From the NCBI GenBank assembly GCA_040285825.1, contig JAUPSS010000005.1:992001-1056000 (forward strand): a stretch of DNA of 64,000 nucleotides, written 5' to 3'. The notes under the pieces are model-generated. The model was not told the DNA's origin and searched no databases. It saw only the letters and a list, made by a program, of their open reading frames with translations. Below are positions 12,470-25,484 of the stretch, in pieces. A program made the position numbers and the translations under genes. Source of the DNA: Eukaryota sp. TZLM1-RC. Lineage: Eukaryota; Protista; Metamonada: BaSk clade. How positions within the stretch are numbered: position 1 is the first letter of the stretch; the number at the start of each line of letters is the position of its first letter.

Positions 12470-12943
12470 TTTGGATTTGTTGTTTTTGGAAAGAGTACTC
12501 GAACAGCAAGTACTTGCTTGATGTATTATAATAAATTATATAAGTTTAAATGTTGTGTTTTTGACATTAAATGTTTGAAAATGTCAGTGGAAGAACTAAT
12601 CACCACAGTGTTTAATTGCCCTAAATGATTCCTTAATTTACTTGAAACAATTACAAAAGAAATAGAGCAAAACTAGGACATGAACATAATCTGAGAATTA
12701 CTGAATTCTTAGGTTGCATTATAACTTTAAGTTGACGCTGAAAACATCTTATAATTCATCATTGAAATTAAAAAAAATGATTTAGAAATTTAAATGAAAC
12801 ATTTGCATACCGAGTAAACTGAAAAAAAAAGGAATGTTGTTTTCATTCTGAACCAAAATGACAAATCTTTTTGAAATAAACTACAGCTAAAAACAAATCC
12901 AAAACCTATTTTTTATTAAATCATTCTCATAGCCATTAATAAT

Positions 12944-14691
12944 CTACACTTGATTTACAATATCGTCAATTCGCAAAATCATCTTAGTGACTTGCGTAGC
13001 TAACAAAAATTGTTGTTGTTTTCCCTTTAAAGTTTCAAACACATGCTGCGTCATCATATCATTATCCCCAGTTTGATTGCAATCAATTCCGTAATGGGGT
13101 TTCCCGGTTTTAATCTGCTGAGCTCTTGCTTTTGCAACTTCCTCCAATACAGAAAGTCCAGCATTCTCGGCCAAAGCCATTGGTATAGCTTCCAATGCAT
13201 CAGCGAATGCCCTGAACGAGAACTGATCAGTATTACCAACAGTATCGGCATGCTCGTTAATCTTAAGAGCACAAGCAATTTCAGCCGAACCACCGCCATA
13301 AATGATTGATGGATCCCTAATCAAATTACGTGACACACAGATGGCATCATGTAAAGAACGTTGAGTCTCAGCAACAGCCATGTTGTTGGATCCTCTACAT
13401 AGCACAGTGACTGCCTTGGAAGAAGGGCATCCCTCAAAGAAAATGAAGCGATCTCGGGTTGTACCCAAAGAAGCTTCCCTTACAGAAGATGCAAAACCAA
13501 GTTTGCTCTCGGTAAGCTCTTCAAAGCGAGGAACTATACGGGCACCTGTGATGAGTTGTGATGTTACCAAAAATAGAAACAATACCAGTCGCGATGGCCA
13601 ATAACTCAATTTCAGGACCACCAACCCATCTCACTGCGTTGATTCCATTCTTTAATAATAAATGATTAGCCTCATCCTCAAAACCCCATTGGCAAATTAC
13701 CAAATTACAACCCACGGCTTTCAAAGAACTAATCATATCTTTAAAGAATTGTTGCTCCATCGTAGCTAACCTTTGATAGGCATCAGCATCAGTAATGTCA
13801 ATATGGTGTTTGTTTTTAGGCTTTGGTGCCTCCATTGGACATGTTAAAATGGCGATACGGACTTCTGAAAGTGATTTTGGCATTTGCGGGTGACTAAACT
13901 CTTTTTCAAGAACAATACCTGTGGTGAGTTGTCATGATACCAAAAATAGACACAATACCCTTAACCAAAGCAGAATCTTCAATTCTACCCCCAGTTTTCG
14001 TAACAACTTTGATCAAATCAAGGTTGGTATCTTTTCGTTCTAGATCAGCAACAGAGAGGACAGCATCAACAGCAATATCAGCCATTGTATCAATACTTTT
14101 GGACACAATCTTGGAAGAAAGTGTTGTCAATGCAGTTTTTTTCAAGTGTTTTTGCAAATTCTCTTCAATCTTGAGCTCATCAGCAATCTCGGTAAGGTAA
14201 GCAGAGCAGATCTGGGCGGCTTTTTCGTAACCAGCAGCAATGCGTACAGGATGCATTCCGCGATCGAGGAGTTCAAGAGCTTGTTCTAGGAGGGCGCCGG
14301 CAAAAACAACGACAGAGGTAGTACCGTCACCAATCTCAGCGTCTTGAGATCGGGACAGTTCAACCAAGAGTTTACCCACTTCATGTTCTACTTGCATCTG
14401 TTCCATGATGGTGGCACCGTCGTTGGAGATGTTGAGATCGCCATCAGGGGAAACAAGCATCTTATCGGCACCTTTAGGACCAAGAGAAGTACGAAGGGTA
14501 GATGCAACAGATATGGCTGCAAGGATGTTTTGCTAGGATGAGATGGTTGTGGGTCGTGTAAGACGTACTTTGTGGGCTTCAAGACCTGTAGCACGTTTCT
14601 TTTCTTCTTGATCCTTGACGATCACAAAAGGTCTGCCATACTCGTCAAAGACTACGGGCATTTGGGAGGGATTGCCTGCTTGTGCACTCAT
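12944..14691 (-). CDS. CCT5: T-complex protein 1 subunit epsilon; exons 14691-14569, 14532-13959, 13918-13586, 13545-12944 (543 aa)
   Basis: [62 protein letters not shown]. Removing three GT-AG introns gives one uninterrupted 1632-nt frame. Confidence 0.95.
13546..13585 (-). other. 40-nt spliceosomal intron (CCT5 intron 3), repeat-family member
   Basis: GTATTGTTTCTATTTTTGGTAACATCACAACTCATCACAG; removal restores [11 protein letters not shown]. Confidence 0.93.
13919..13958 (-). other. 40-nt spliceosomal intron (CCT5 intron 2), repeat-family member
   Basis: GTATTGTGTCTATTTTTGGTATCATGACAACTCACCACAG; removal restores [18 protein letters not shown]. Confidence 0.93.
14533..14568 (-). other. 36-nt spliceosomal intron (CCT5 intron 1)
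   Basis: GTACGTCTTACACGACCCACAACCATCTCATCCTAG; it ends in an in-frame TAG, and removal restores GLEAHK/QNILAA. Confidence 0.88.
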
Positions 14692-15169
14692 TAGATGTAT
14701 ATAAGAGGGAAAAGGTGCTGAGAAGAGAGGTACGTGTTATTTGAAGTTGAATTTGAATTTTTTGGGATCAATTCGACTTATCTAAAAGGGGAGATGAAAT
14801 CATGAAATACACAACTGAAACTCTACATCCTCAAATACTCAATTTAGATTTTTTTCACAGAACTTTTCTTTTTTTTCAATTAAATAAATAGTTGTGAGTG
14901 AAGATGCTTCACAACAAATGAATCCCAAGAGGGAGAACTTGATTGAAGTGACCTACATCTACCTCAAAAGTACTCGATTCTTCAAGAATGACATTTTGAT
15001 ACCCTTTTTTAAAGAAGGTCTGCATACAGTAACATTAACTGGAAATATAAATATATCTAACAATTGTTATCTAATATCTTTTTCTGAAATACTGCCATCA
15101 AATGAATGAAAAAATACCACCAACTCTTTAAGTGGAGTAAGATAGCTTAAATCAGTGACTTCAATATCA

Positions 15170-18125
15170 GGATGTTTGAGCACTAACTTACCACTGACTT
15201 TTGCAAAATTCCAGAAATAAATCTTAAAAGTTTTGAAAACTTGGATTATATTGTACGTCTTAGCTTGGCTAAAGAAAAAAATCCCGTTTTTCCAAACTTT
15301 TTGATTGATCTCGAGGACAGTTACTCAAGTTGCCTAATCTCCCAAATTCCCAACATTTACGGCCTTCCTCTTTTTTACGGCCTTTCTTTGATGCAGAGGA
15401 AAATAATTTTATTTTTAATCTCGACTTTAAAAATGCTTTTAATTCTGTAAAGCGAGAAGCAATTTTTAAAGTTATTAAATCTGATTTTCCTGAACTATCG
15501 AGTTTTTTATACCATTTTTATGGGAAAGAATCAGATTTAATTTTTAATTCATTTGGTCTTAAATCATCTTCTGGAGTGAAGCAGGGGGATCCTTTAGGCC
15601 CATTATTGTTTTGTTTAGCTATTCACAAAACTTTAAATATCATTAAGCAAAATTACCCTTCTATAAAAATAGTTGCTTATATGGATGATATATCCTTGAT
15701 TGGTTCATTTGATTTACTAGAATTGGTTGCTCAAGAAATTGCCGATTCATATGAAAATATTGGGCTTCATCTTAATGCCAGCAAATGTCTTCTGATTGGC
15801 TCTTCTGCTCAAGACCTCGTGATAAACGATTCTATTGTCTTTTTTTCTAATTATAGTAGTGATGCTTTTAAGTTCCTTGGTTGTTGGTTAGGAAACGTGC
15901 CTCAAATTCAGTATGAATTGCAAGTTATTTTGGAAAAAATGAAAATTGAACTTGATTCAATTTCTTCTTTAGATATAGAAAAGCATATTAAATTTTTCAT
16001 GCTTAAAATTTGCTACACTGGGAATATAACCCACATTTTTAGATCTTGTGCTCCTTCCATAGCATTAGATTTTTGTCGTTCATTTAATTCATTGAGAACA
16101 GAATTTTTTGCTGATTTATTGGATGTAGAACCAGGAATGTTGAAAAGTCACTTATTTTCTTCAGCAAATTTGGGTGGTATTGGTTACTAAATCTTCAATT
16201 TTGTGTCAATCAGCATTCTTGGGTGGTGGCAAAAATTTTATTTATGAATTTTCTCGTAGATTTCCTGATGATTCTCATCTGTTAGTTCCCAATTGCAGTC
16301 CTTATTTGTATGAGTTATCTTGTGAACTTGAAAAATTGCCGCCACAAATTTGGACCAAATGTTTTCCTCAATCAATTCAAGAAATTCCAAACCGATCTCT
16401 GTTTAATTTACAGTTTTGCTGGAAAAAGCTTCAACAAAAATTTTCAAAGATTTTTGAAAGCTTGGACTTTGATGTTAGACTTGGCTTGGCCAAGAAAATG
16501 AATCCCGCTTTTGCAAATCTTTTACAAGATATGTGTGACAGCACTTCTTCTGCCTTAGTAACAACAATTCCACAAGTTTATGGTACTCTCTTATCCGATT
16601 CTGCTTGGACTCTGAATATGAGATTTCGTTCCTTTATCTGGCCTGATAATTTACCTCATAATTTAATTTGTAAATGTTCTCGAGAAATTACAACTACTCA
16701 TTTGTTAAATTGTAAACATTTTATTACTTTTAGAAGCAAGGTTCATGATGCTGTAAGAGAACAGTTATATTGTATGTGTAAATCTCATAGAATTGAATCC
16801 TTCTTGGAACCTCTGTTGTCAAATCTGTTTGATGCTGAAGATGATTTTCATAAGAATAATAGAGGTGATGTTATATTACCTGGATTAGATGGAAGTTTCA
16901 TTTTATTGGATGTAATGTCTGTTGATCCTTGTAATGCCTCAAATGTAAGGCTAGTTAATTCTGAAATTCATAATCCCCTTTCAAATGCTGAAAATTTTAA
17001 ATTCAAAAAATACAATGAACCTTTGTCCAAATTGGCCAGTCTACAGCATGCAAAATACAATTTGTATCCATTTGTATTTTCCCTTTTTGGTTCACTTTCA
17101 ACAACTGCTTTACGTTTTTTGGATGATTTTGAAATGATTGTAAAGAGAAGAACTGGGAGAAATTTCAACAGATTGTTTTGGCAAAATAGAATTGTATTTT
17201 CTATTTTTAAGGGGATGTTGAAGATGGCTTCTGATGCTTTGCTTTCTCTTGGATCTCACTATGAGAGAGTTGCATCTAGTGTTTTTCTTCTGGGAGAGAT
17301 GGATTTTTGATGTTGATTCATAGGTTTTGAATAAAATTAAAATTAATTAAAAAAATTTATGGCCTTCTACTTAATGATCACCAATGAACCATTGCAATGA
17401 CAATGAGATGATTTTTATGGCCTTGTTCGTTATCAAATGATTTAATTTGTCGCTGCAAGAGTGTAATTACGCTTTCCCATATTTTAAACTGCAAATATTT
17501 TATAACTTATCGTTCAATTGTTATTGGCTTAGTTCGTGATCAATTATATGCCATGTGCAAAAGTTCCAATATAGAGGCATTTATAGAACCATTGGTACGT
17601 AAGCTCTCTCTAGATCAAATTGACAATTCTTTTGGTAAAAGAAGGGCAGGTTTAGTAGCTCCAGGGATTTATGGTGTTCTCAACGTTGTGGATGTTGTTT
17701 CAGTAAATGTCTGCAGGTATTTTGCTGCTCCCTTGGTGTATTCCGCTGATCCGCTGCTATCTTACTCCGAAAAAAAAGTAAAAAAATATGAAGAACCATT
17801 GGCACAATTGAGTAGAGTCAAATATGTGAATTATCAGTTTGTACCGTTTGCAATTTCTTTTATTGGCATTATTGGATTTCCAGGATTACACTTTTTTGAA
17901 AATTTTAGGAAATTATTGCAAAATAGATCTCGTAAAAAATTGAATTACACTTTCTGGTTAAATAGAATTGTTTTATGTATTTTCATGTCTATTCCAACAA
18001 TAATTTCTAAAGCTCTTTTAGCTATTGGTATAGAATATGAACGAAAGGCTGTGAGTAGATTTAGTAATAGTGATGCTTGTTTGGAGGATATTGAACATTA
18101 GACAGTATTTTATATCAACAAAAAT
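15170..18125 (+). mobile_element. Older CRE-like non-LTR fragment (~15170-15367 and 17355-~18125) split by a younger relative
   Basis: QIPNIYGL on the left continues as YGLLLNDHQ...CRC..HILNC...VRDQLYAMCK and an RLE-like region on the right. Confidence 0.75.
15368..17354 (+). mobile_element. 5'-truncated CRE-like non-LTR retrotransposon (RT + zinc finger + restriction-like endonuclease), ~13-bp TSD
   Basis: LDFKNAFN, GVKQGDPLGPLLF, YMDD, FLG, CKC..HLLNC..HD, RGD...D...K. One frameshift near 16185. A-rich 3' end. ATTTAYGGCCTTC at 15355-15367 and 17355-17367. Confidence 0.9.
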
Positions 18126-18172
18126 ACTTGAAAAATGAATTCACTTGTGAAGTAGGTAATTGTTTGCACATT

Positions 18173-19751
18173 TGTTGCCGCCCTAAGGCTTTTATAATAT
18201 GAATTGAAAACAGATCAGACTTCTCTTTACTACAATAGACTTTAGGCAGAAATAATTATTGGCCATTTCAAAGTGAAAAGGTATACCAAAACTCCAGCAC
18301 TTTACTAGTAAACATCCCCAAAAACCTTTACAGCATGTCAGACATCTTTCAGCAAGATATCTCTAACCCCAATTCCTCACCTAACATGCAGCAACAGGAA
18401 GCAGCGACACACACACATATACATAACAAAGAGGGTAACGAGGTAACGGACCCGGGTCCCACCTCCCTAAAAGTGAAAGATGAAAGCGTGGACGAGGTCC
18501 CTCCATCTTCAGCAATGGAAAGGGTAACGAGAACGGACCCGGCTCTCTCTCCCCTCCCAATTGTAGAACCTGTCTCAAAGGGAACGGATGGAAATTCCAC
18601 CTTAGACACGGCTTCCCCATTAGGAGAATATGAAAAAATTCAATCTCAACTAGATGAAATGGAGGGAGGAGACGACTCTTCCGAGGGGTTCTACAAGTTA
18701 TTGAAAGAGGATGCGGAAGCTTACCTCGAACCAACAGATTTCTGTCTGTTCGAGCAGCTTCCTCCTCTGTGGAGTTACATTCATAACAGAGACAGAAACG
18801 AGGGTAATTTTTAATACCTTTTGGGGATACCCAGAAGGAATTAAAAATTACCCTCAATGAAAGGAATGAACTCATAAAGGCTCTTGATAAATTGAGCAGA
18901 GAGACGTTCGGGCGTAACGCAGAGCGCCGTCCCTGAATCTCTGGTATGGACAAGAGAATCAACGAAATGATGTGCCTTCCCATCAAGGATAGACTGGATT
19001 CGAAGGCCTCCTTCCTAGACCAACATGGCAGGAGAATAAGGTTTCTCTCCATCGAGCAGAGAAGTAGGACCGACTCAGAAGACATCCTACAATTCAAATT
19101 GCCTGCCTGGTTTGATCCTATCTGTGATACGGAAATTCATAACTACACGGAGCTGACAGAGGGTGCTCCCACATATTTTAGGGAACTCATGGAGCAGGAG
19201 AATAATAGTGAACAAGACAAGCTTGAAATAGCAATAACCTGGTTCGATGCAGACGCTCTGAATAAGATTCATAGGGAACAATCAGCCGTATCCACGTATA
19301 GGAACTGTCCTAACAACTACATTTAACAACATGGTAACTCGTTCACGAAACAACGAGAGTTTAAACAATGGGTAACAGGAGATCCATCCACATTTTTCCA
19401 CCTTCCCCAATTGCCTGTTGTAGCTCCTATAATTTCTGAAAAAGCCAACCAATACAGGTCTGCTATATCGAAAGCATACCCGAACACGTTCCAACAGTGA
19501 ACGTCCCGGAACCTGTAACAAGAGAAGACTCAGCACCTCAGGAAGAACCAACTTCCTCCCAACCCATGGAAAGTGAAATTGCAGAAGACATAGAGTTACA
19601 CGGTGCAGTCGTTGGAAAAAACGGCTCCTTCTCAACCCTCAGTAAGAAACTCTTCTTCCGATAGACCTATGCGTATTGAGGACCTACAATCCTCAAGGAG
19701 AGCTATTGGCATGAGCATAGTTAGTAGCCTTCATAGACAGATTGATCCACG
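18173..19751 (+). mobile_element. LTR element B2: 5' LTR 18173-18251 + degraded gag, broken at 19751
   Basis: Colinear with B1 3265-4885. The terminal CA is mutated to AA, so the palindrome reads AAATAATTATTG (18250-18261). Confidence 0.9.
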
Positions 19752-20649
19752 TTCAGGGGTTCAGGGCGTATTCCACTTAAGAATCTTCTTGCTAGGGCTT
19801 CATCATTCTGGAGGGAAGGTACTTTGCGAGCTACCTTCATAAAATCTCGGGTGTATCGGGTAATAGCTTCATCGGCATCACGGCAATTCAGGGGCAAGGA
19901 TACACGGTTAAACATCTGGTACGCTTTAGCGGTATCTTCAACGGGCGTACAGGACAATAGGTATTTCAGGATCTTCTTAGGCTTCTTTGGAGAGATCTGG
20001 TGGATAACAAAAAAAGTATCCAAAACTTCTGGGGCAATACATCTAAGAATGTAAGGTAATAACAGGGATTTGAGGTCATCAGGGTCTTGGGCTCCTACAA
20101 GACGTAACAGGTCGGGTTTCTCTTCATCAGAAACATCAGAGTTATCAGAGTACAAGAGAGGAACTTCTTCATCTTCTTCCTCTTGGTCATCAGAGCTATC
20201 TTCAGCCAAGGCATCATGGAGATTGAAACAAATCTCTTCAGGGTTGACTTCTTCTTCAGCTGGTTCAGCTGGTTCAGGGGCGGAATTTCGGGAACTTCTT
20301 CTAGAGTTCTGGTAATTAGTGAGAGCGGGTTCAGGTCTCATCAAGAACATACGGACGGCAAAGACTCGCAACTCGTCGACGAAGCGTGTGCAAGAGCAGC
20401 GGTCAGCACTTCGGAGAATTGGGGCAACTCGGCCAGAATTACTCATTGGGGCCTCAGTAATTACTGTGGGGTTTGCATGCATCAGTTTCCTTGTACAAAC
20501 GGGTAACAAACAGAAACAGGGGTTTATCACAAGGAATAGGAATAATCAGAAAGAAGAATTCCTCTCTGCAGATAAACTTGTGATGACGTGTCATCACGTG
20601 ATACTGTAACTTATAAATAACTATAAACTACATTGGCTATGAGCCTACA
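19752..20649 (-). mobile_element. LTR element family D, copy D1: putative 5' LTR 20465-20649 + 5' part of gag (ATG 20482)
   Basis: Starts TGTAGGCTCATAGCC and is homologous to 63660-64000. Capsid-like ORF (AITRYTRDF...LARRFLSGIRP). Inserted in a B-type integrase. Confidence 0.8.
20455..20466. other. 12-nt palindrome CAGTAATTACTG at the inferred 5' LTR end (D1)
   Basis: Read directly; same distance (185 bp) from the TG start as in D2. No 3' LTR is available to confirm the boundary. Confidence 0.8.
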
Positions 20650-21873
20650 TTTTAGTAGAATTTATTATCAGTTGGGATGTAAATACATTTGTAAATAGTA
20701 GACCAATTTCCGTAATCAATAAAATCTATTAATAGTTTCTTTAAGCATTGGAGAACGTCTCTATGTTTACGTTCTACAAGTCCATTACTTTTTGAATAGT
20801 AGGGAATTGAGTTACTCATCTCAATCGCTGATCTATTATACTATTATGAAAGTCTCAGTGGCGAACTCAGGTCCATTATCGCTATGAATTAACAAAGGTA
20901 TGCCAAAAATTGCACAAACGTTTCAAATCAAAGCATCTGCGGTTTCTAAAGCATGGAGTTCTTTTAGAGGGACTAAAATTGTATATCCAGTATAAGAGTC
21001 TACAAATACTAATAAATATTTATTTCCTTCGTTGTCAGTGTTCAGAGGTCCAATTGTATCGACGTTGAATCTGGCAAATGAACGATCTGCCCATAAGAAT
21101 TTTGTGGAAGGTGTTTTTGACCTTTTAACTAAAGCCGTTTTTTGAAAAGTTGGGCAACTTTTGACATGATTTATGAGGCCCTTTCTCATATTAGGCCAGT
21201 AGAAGTCACTTTTGGTTAGTTAATGTAAACTATCGTTTTTGCTGGGGTAACCAGATTGAACTAAAACATGTATTAATAATAGTGCCTGTTTTCTGAGGCT
21301 CTTTGGAATGAAAATTATATTTTTATTACTTTTCCAAATTTGAGTCTTTTCTACTAGAATTGCATTTTCAAATAAAGAGTCATTGTTGTTTTTGGCAATT
21401 TATTGTTCGGATCTTATTTTAGAGAGCCAAGAAGAAAAAATGGGCAAGTCTTTGGTGTCTACTTAAAGATGAAATTGATGGAATATCTTCAAAGTCCGAA
21501 TCAGAAACATCGCCTAGTGGAGGTATCTCGTAATTCGAAAGTAAAGTATCTGGTATATTTATACTACAAATAGAAGGAGTTTCCTCCTTTTGATCCAAAT
21601 CAAAATTCCTCGATAGCATACCTTTTCAATGGTTTTTTTCACCCGGTTCATGGACTGCATCAAAGTCAAATTCAGATAGTATCGGCAGCCATCTCTACAA
21701 TTTTATTTTTCTCTGGGGCTGTGGCCAGGAAGGCAATGTTTTGTGATCAGTGAAAGTTGTTAAATGTCTAGTCAAAAGGGAGCTTTCTGAACAACTTTCA
21801 GTTAAAATCAAGAGTATTGCATATAGTTCTTTCTGTAAAGTGGACCATTTTCTTTGTGTTTCTGTAAGTAACC
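20650..21873 (-). mobile_element. Inverted RNase H-integrase fragment of family B
   Basis: Its reverse complement is colinear with B1 ~7140-8358. Confidence 0.9.
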
Positions 21874-22595
21874 TGATCTAAGGCACGCTCAGCAAGTGGC
21901 ATAAGTCTTGTACGACCTGGAGATCAAGTTTTAAGGGACTGACAAAAGCCTGCAACTTTTTCAAACAATATAGTTCTTTGAACTTCCTCAAAACAGTTTC
22001 TCTCAGCATCAAGTTGTTCACGTGATAATTTGTGCGACAGCATCTCCAAAGTTTTCATCTTCGTCATCACTTTCGGGTTGATTGAGAGAATTAAAAAATC
22101 GAGATAAATTGGTAGGTATAATAGTAAAAGAAGCCTCACGCTTCTCCACAAGAGAGGTTCAGTATTTCCAAATGGTAATGGGGCCGATACACCTGCGTTG
22201 AGCTCCTTCAAGTCTTCAACTGGCATTTTGACAACCTCTTGTACCTACTCTTGCTTCCACATTTTGTAAGTCTCCTTCTCCACATCAATGGGGTTGACCT
22301 TGATTGTACAAGCTACACCCTCTTCGCTGTGCGCAGAAATCCATCCAGCTATCGTGGAGTTTTACTCCTGGACGGAACTGGCTGCCGGTTGACTTGTATT
22401 TGACTTCAAATTGCCAGTCACTGTTAAACTTCTTTTTCTTTGCAGACAATTGGGAGCGGAAAAATTGATGAGCAGCTTCCTGAAGTTCTACTGCGGTACA
22501 GCAGTTGTCCTATTAAAGAGATATTTCCTGTTGAAAGAAGGCACGGGCACCTTTGTACAGTTGTAGCATCAGTTGTACCTTGATGGAGGATGCAT
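21874..22595 (-). pseudogene. Degraded coding-like fragment of unknown identity
   Basis: Coding-like composition, ATG at ~22595, stops and frameshifts, no recognisable motif. Confidence 0.3.
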
Positions 22596-25484
22596 TTGCT
22601 ATATTAAGGAAAGAAAACATGAATTTATTGGGTGAGTGAAAAAACAAACAATGTGTTGATAATTCATTTGAATTGAAAATCACAATTTTTTTCTTCTTTC
22701 CTCTACATAAAACCGTTTAACTTAAAACCTGGCTGAATTGCGATCATAGCTTCTATTCTTTCTTGTTGATGCCTGAATCAGTTTCTGATTCCAATGGAGT
22801 CAAAAGAAAGAACGATAGACAACAAGATGCTCAAGACGTGCTTTCCACCTCTCCTCCTCAACCTCTTCTCTCTTCATTTTTGGGCAAAAAAATTTCTGAT
22901 CAAGAATTTTTAGAAAATCACGATGAAAACAAAATTTGTTCAAAAACGAAGCCACGCTCCTCCAGATGCTCAAAGTGTCGACACCAAGGACATAATGCTC
23001 GAACATGCCCCAATGTTGGAAAAATGATGTGACAAATTCTGAAACAAAATGTAAAAGAAGATTTAAAAAGAAAAGAGTCCAAGGTAGAACCAATAAATGA
23101 TTTTCCAAAAGTTGTTGTAAAACCAGTTAGCAATCGATTCAAGCACAAAACTTGCAACAATTGTGGTATTTCTTTTAGAAATAATGCAAAAGGAAAAACT
23201 TCTGATCGATGCTTGAAATGCTGCATAGTTGATAACTACCATCCTCCCATAAAAATACCTCAACAAATTCATCCGTCAAAATGCAATGTATTTTGCTTTC
23301 GCTTTTTACAAGATTTTTGGATCAATTATGTAAAGGAAGGTATGCTATCAATATTCTTTGGGAATTCTTTGGTTCTTTTTGTCCTCCTTTTGAACAAAAT
23401 TTCGTAAATAATTCTGAAGATTTAACTAATATAGCACCGAGAAAACAGTCATCTGAGATATTAACTCAAATTTTTGAAGACAAATGCTTTGACAACAAAT
23501 GGTCCAAGGCTTTGTCAGCTTTAGGCCCCGGAGTTGAAGCAACCAACAATGAAAATACAATAGATAAACTAAAAATACTTCATCCTTATGAAGACCCTAT
23601 AATGGATCAAAATTTTTACGGCACATACTGGGAAAATTATCCATTTATGCCATCAGAAGTTTTTTCGGTGATCAAACAGAGACCTCGTGGTAAAGCTGCC
23701 GGACTTTCTGGTATTACTATTGATCATGTAAAAGCCGCGATTATTTCTTCAGAAGATTGCCTTGGTTTATTGACCAAATTTTTCAACCAAATATTATCTG
23801 GTCAACGCAAATACCCAGAAGAATTAAGAAGTTCTCGTTTGACTGCACTTGTCAAAAATTCAAAAATGGATGTTCGTCCTATTGCAGTACTTGAGAGTTT
23901 ACAAAATATTTTTCTGCGTGTTGCTTAAGCAGGTTCAATGAGAAAGCAAAAAAGATTTTATTACCTTTTTAATATGGAATTAATACCATCGATGGAGTCT
24001 CTTCAGCGATATTTGCTACTGAAGTATTATTTCATCAAAATGAATCCAATGATTGCATGTAATTGGATTTTTGTAATGCATTCAGCTCACTCAGTCGTCA
24101 CAGTATCCATGGTGCTTTATTGCAATATGAGCCAGAATTATTGCCGTATTTTCAATGAACATATAGCACATGTTCTAATTTACATTTTGGTAATATCATT
24201 TTGAGTTCATCAAGTGGTGTAAAACAAGGAGATCCGTTAGGACCTCTTTTGTTTTGTTTGGCCATTCATCCTATTTTATTGCAAATTCAAGAGATGTTTC
24301 CTTCGCTAAAAATGATTGCATATATGGATGATGTTGTGCTTACTGGTAATTTAAATATTGTGAAACAAGCAACTGTATGTTTTAAAGAATTATTTACCAA
24401 AATTGGTCTCCGACTTAATTTACATAAATGTGTTTTGTTATCGAATTCTCCAGTTTCCACAATAGTTGATGGTATTGAAATTCAAGCCAAATTATATTTA
24501 ATTGATGCTATTCGTCATTTGGGTTCGTTTTCAGGAAATAATGATGAAATTACCAAAAAAAATTGTTTGAAAAGTTGAACCCAATTTCTGACAAAATTGA
24601 CCGAATGATGTATTTAGATATACAAAAACACATCAAATTTACCATTATAAGACTGTGTTTTAGTTCCAATTTTGATCATGTATCTCGATCTACATATCCT
24701 CTTGTCACCAGACCTTTGGCTCAGAAGTTAAATGAATTACGTGCAAAAGTAAGTTCTGTGTCAATTACTGGGATGGAAAATGTTCCAAATTCCAGACCAT
24801 GCTTACCTTAGTCCACATTATGGCGGTTTAGGTTGGACGAAGGCTTCTATTCTTACCTCGTGTGCTTTTGTTGGTGGATGCAGAAATGCAATCTTTGAGT
24901 TTTCCGAAACATTTGCAGATTGGGAAGATTTATTGATGGCAACACAAAGTTCCACTGTTTTTGCATTAAATGAAGAAATTTCAAAAATTAATGCAGAACA
25001 ATCATTCAATGGCAATATTCCAGAAAAGATTCTTCCAAATTTGAAGTACACTCATCGAACACTACAGAAACGATTGACTGGAATGTATGAAAATGATCTT
25101 TATAATAATATATGCATCTCGGCTGTTTTAAATCAAGATCTTCACTCATGGTTATTGGAAAAGGGTGCTTGTGAAAACAAGTCGTAAGATTCTTCACTTT
25201 TTGTAACTATTGTACCACGAAGATTTGGATTGTGTGCCACTAATGAAGCATTTGTAACAAAAATGAGATTATATTTGAACATCCCCATTAATCAATTATT
25301 ATCAAAAGAAAAATGTATTTGTTCGAATTGACCTCAACTCACTTTTGATGATCTGTGGGGGTTAAAAATTGAGTATACCTTAAATGTAATTTATTACAAG
25401 GGAATGAGGATTTCCCTTGACTTAAGCGCATGGGCGCAATAATACAATAACTATTAATGAACTATAAATAAACTATTATAAATA

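Noticed and set aside
13911-13960. GGTATTGT duplicated at both ends of CCT5 intron 2 as a long TSD
   Set aside because: The other two family introns start with the same GTATTGT without a matching exon sequence, so this is coincidence with Gly-Ile-Val codons.
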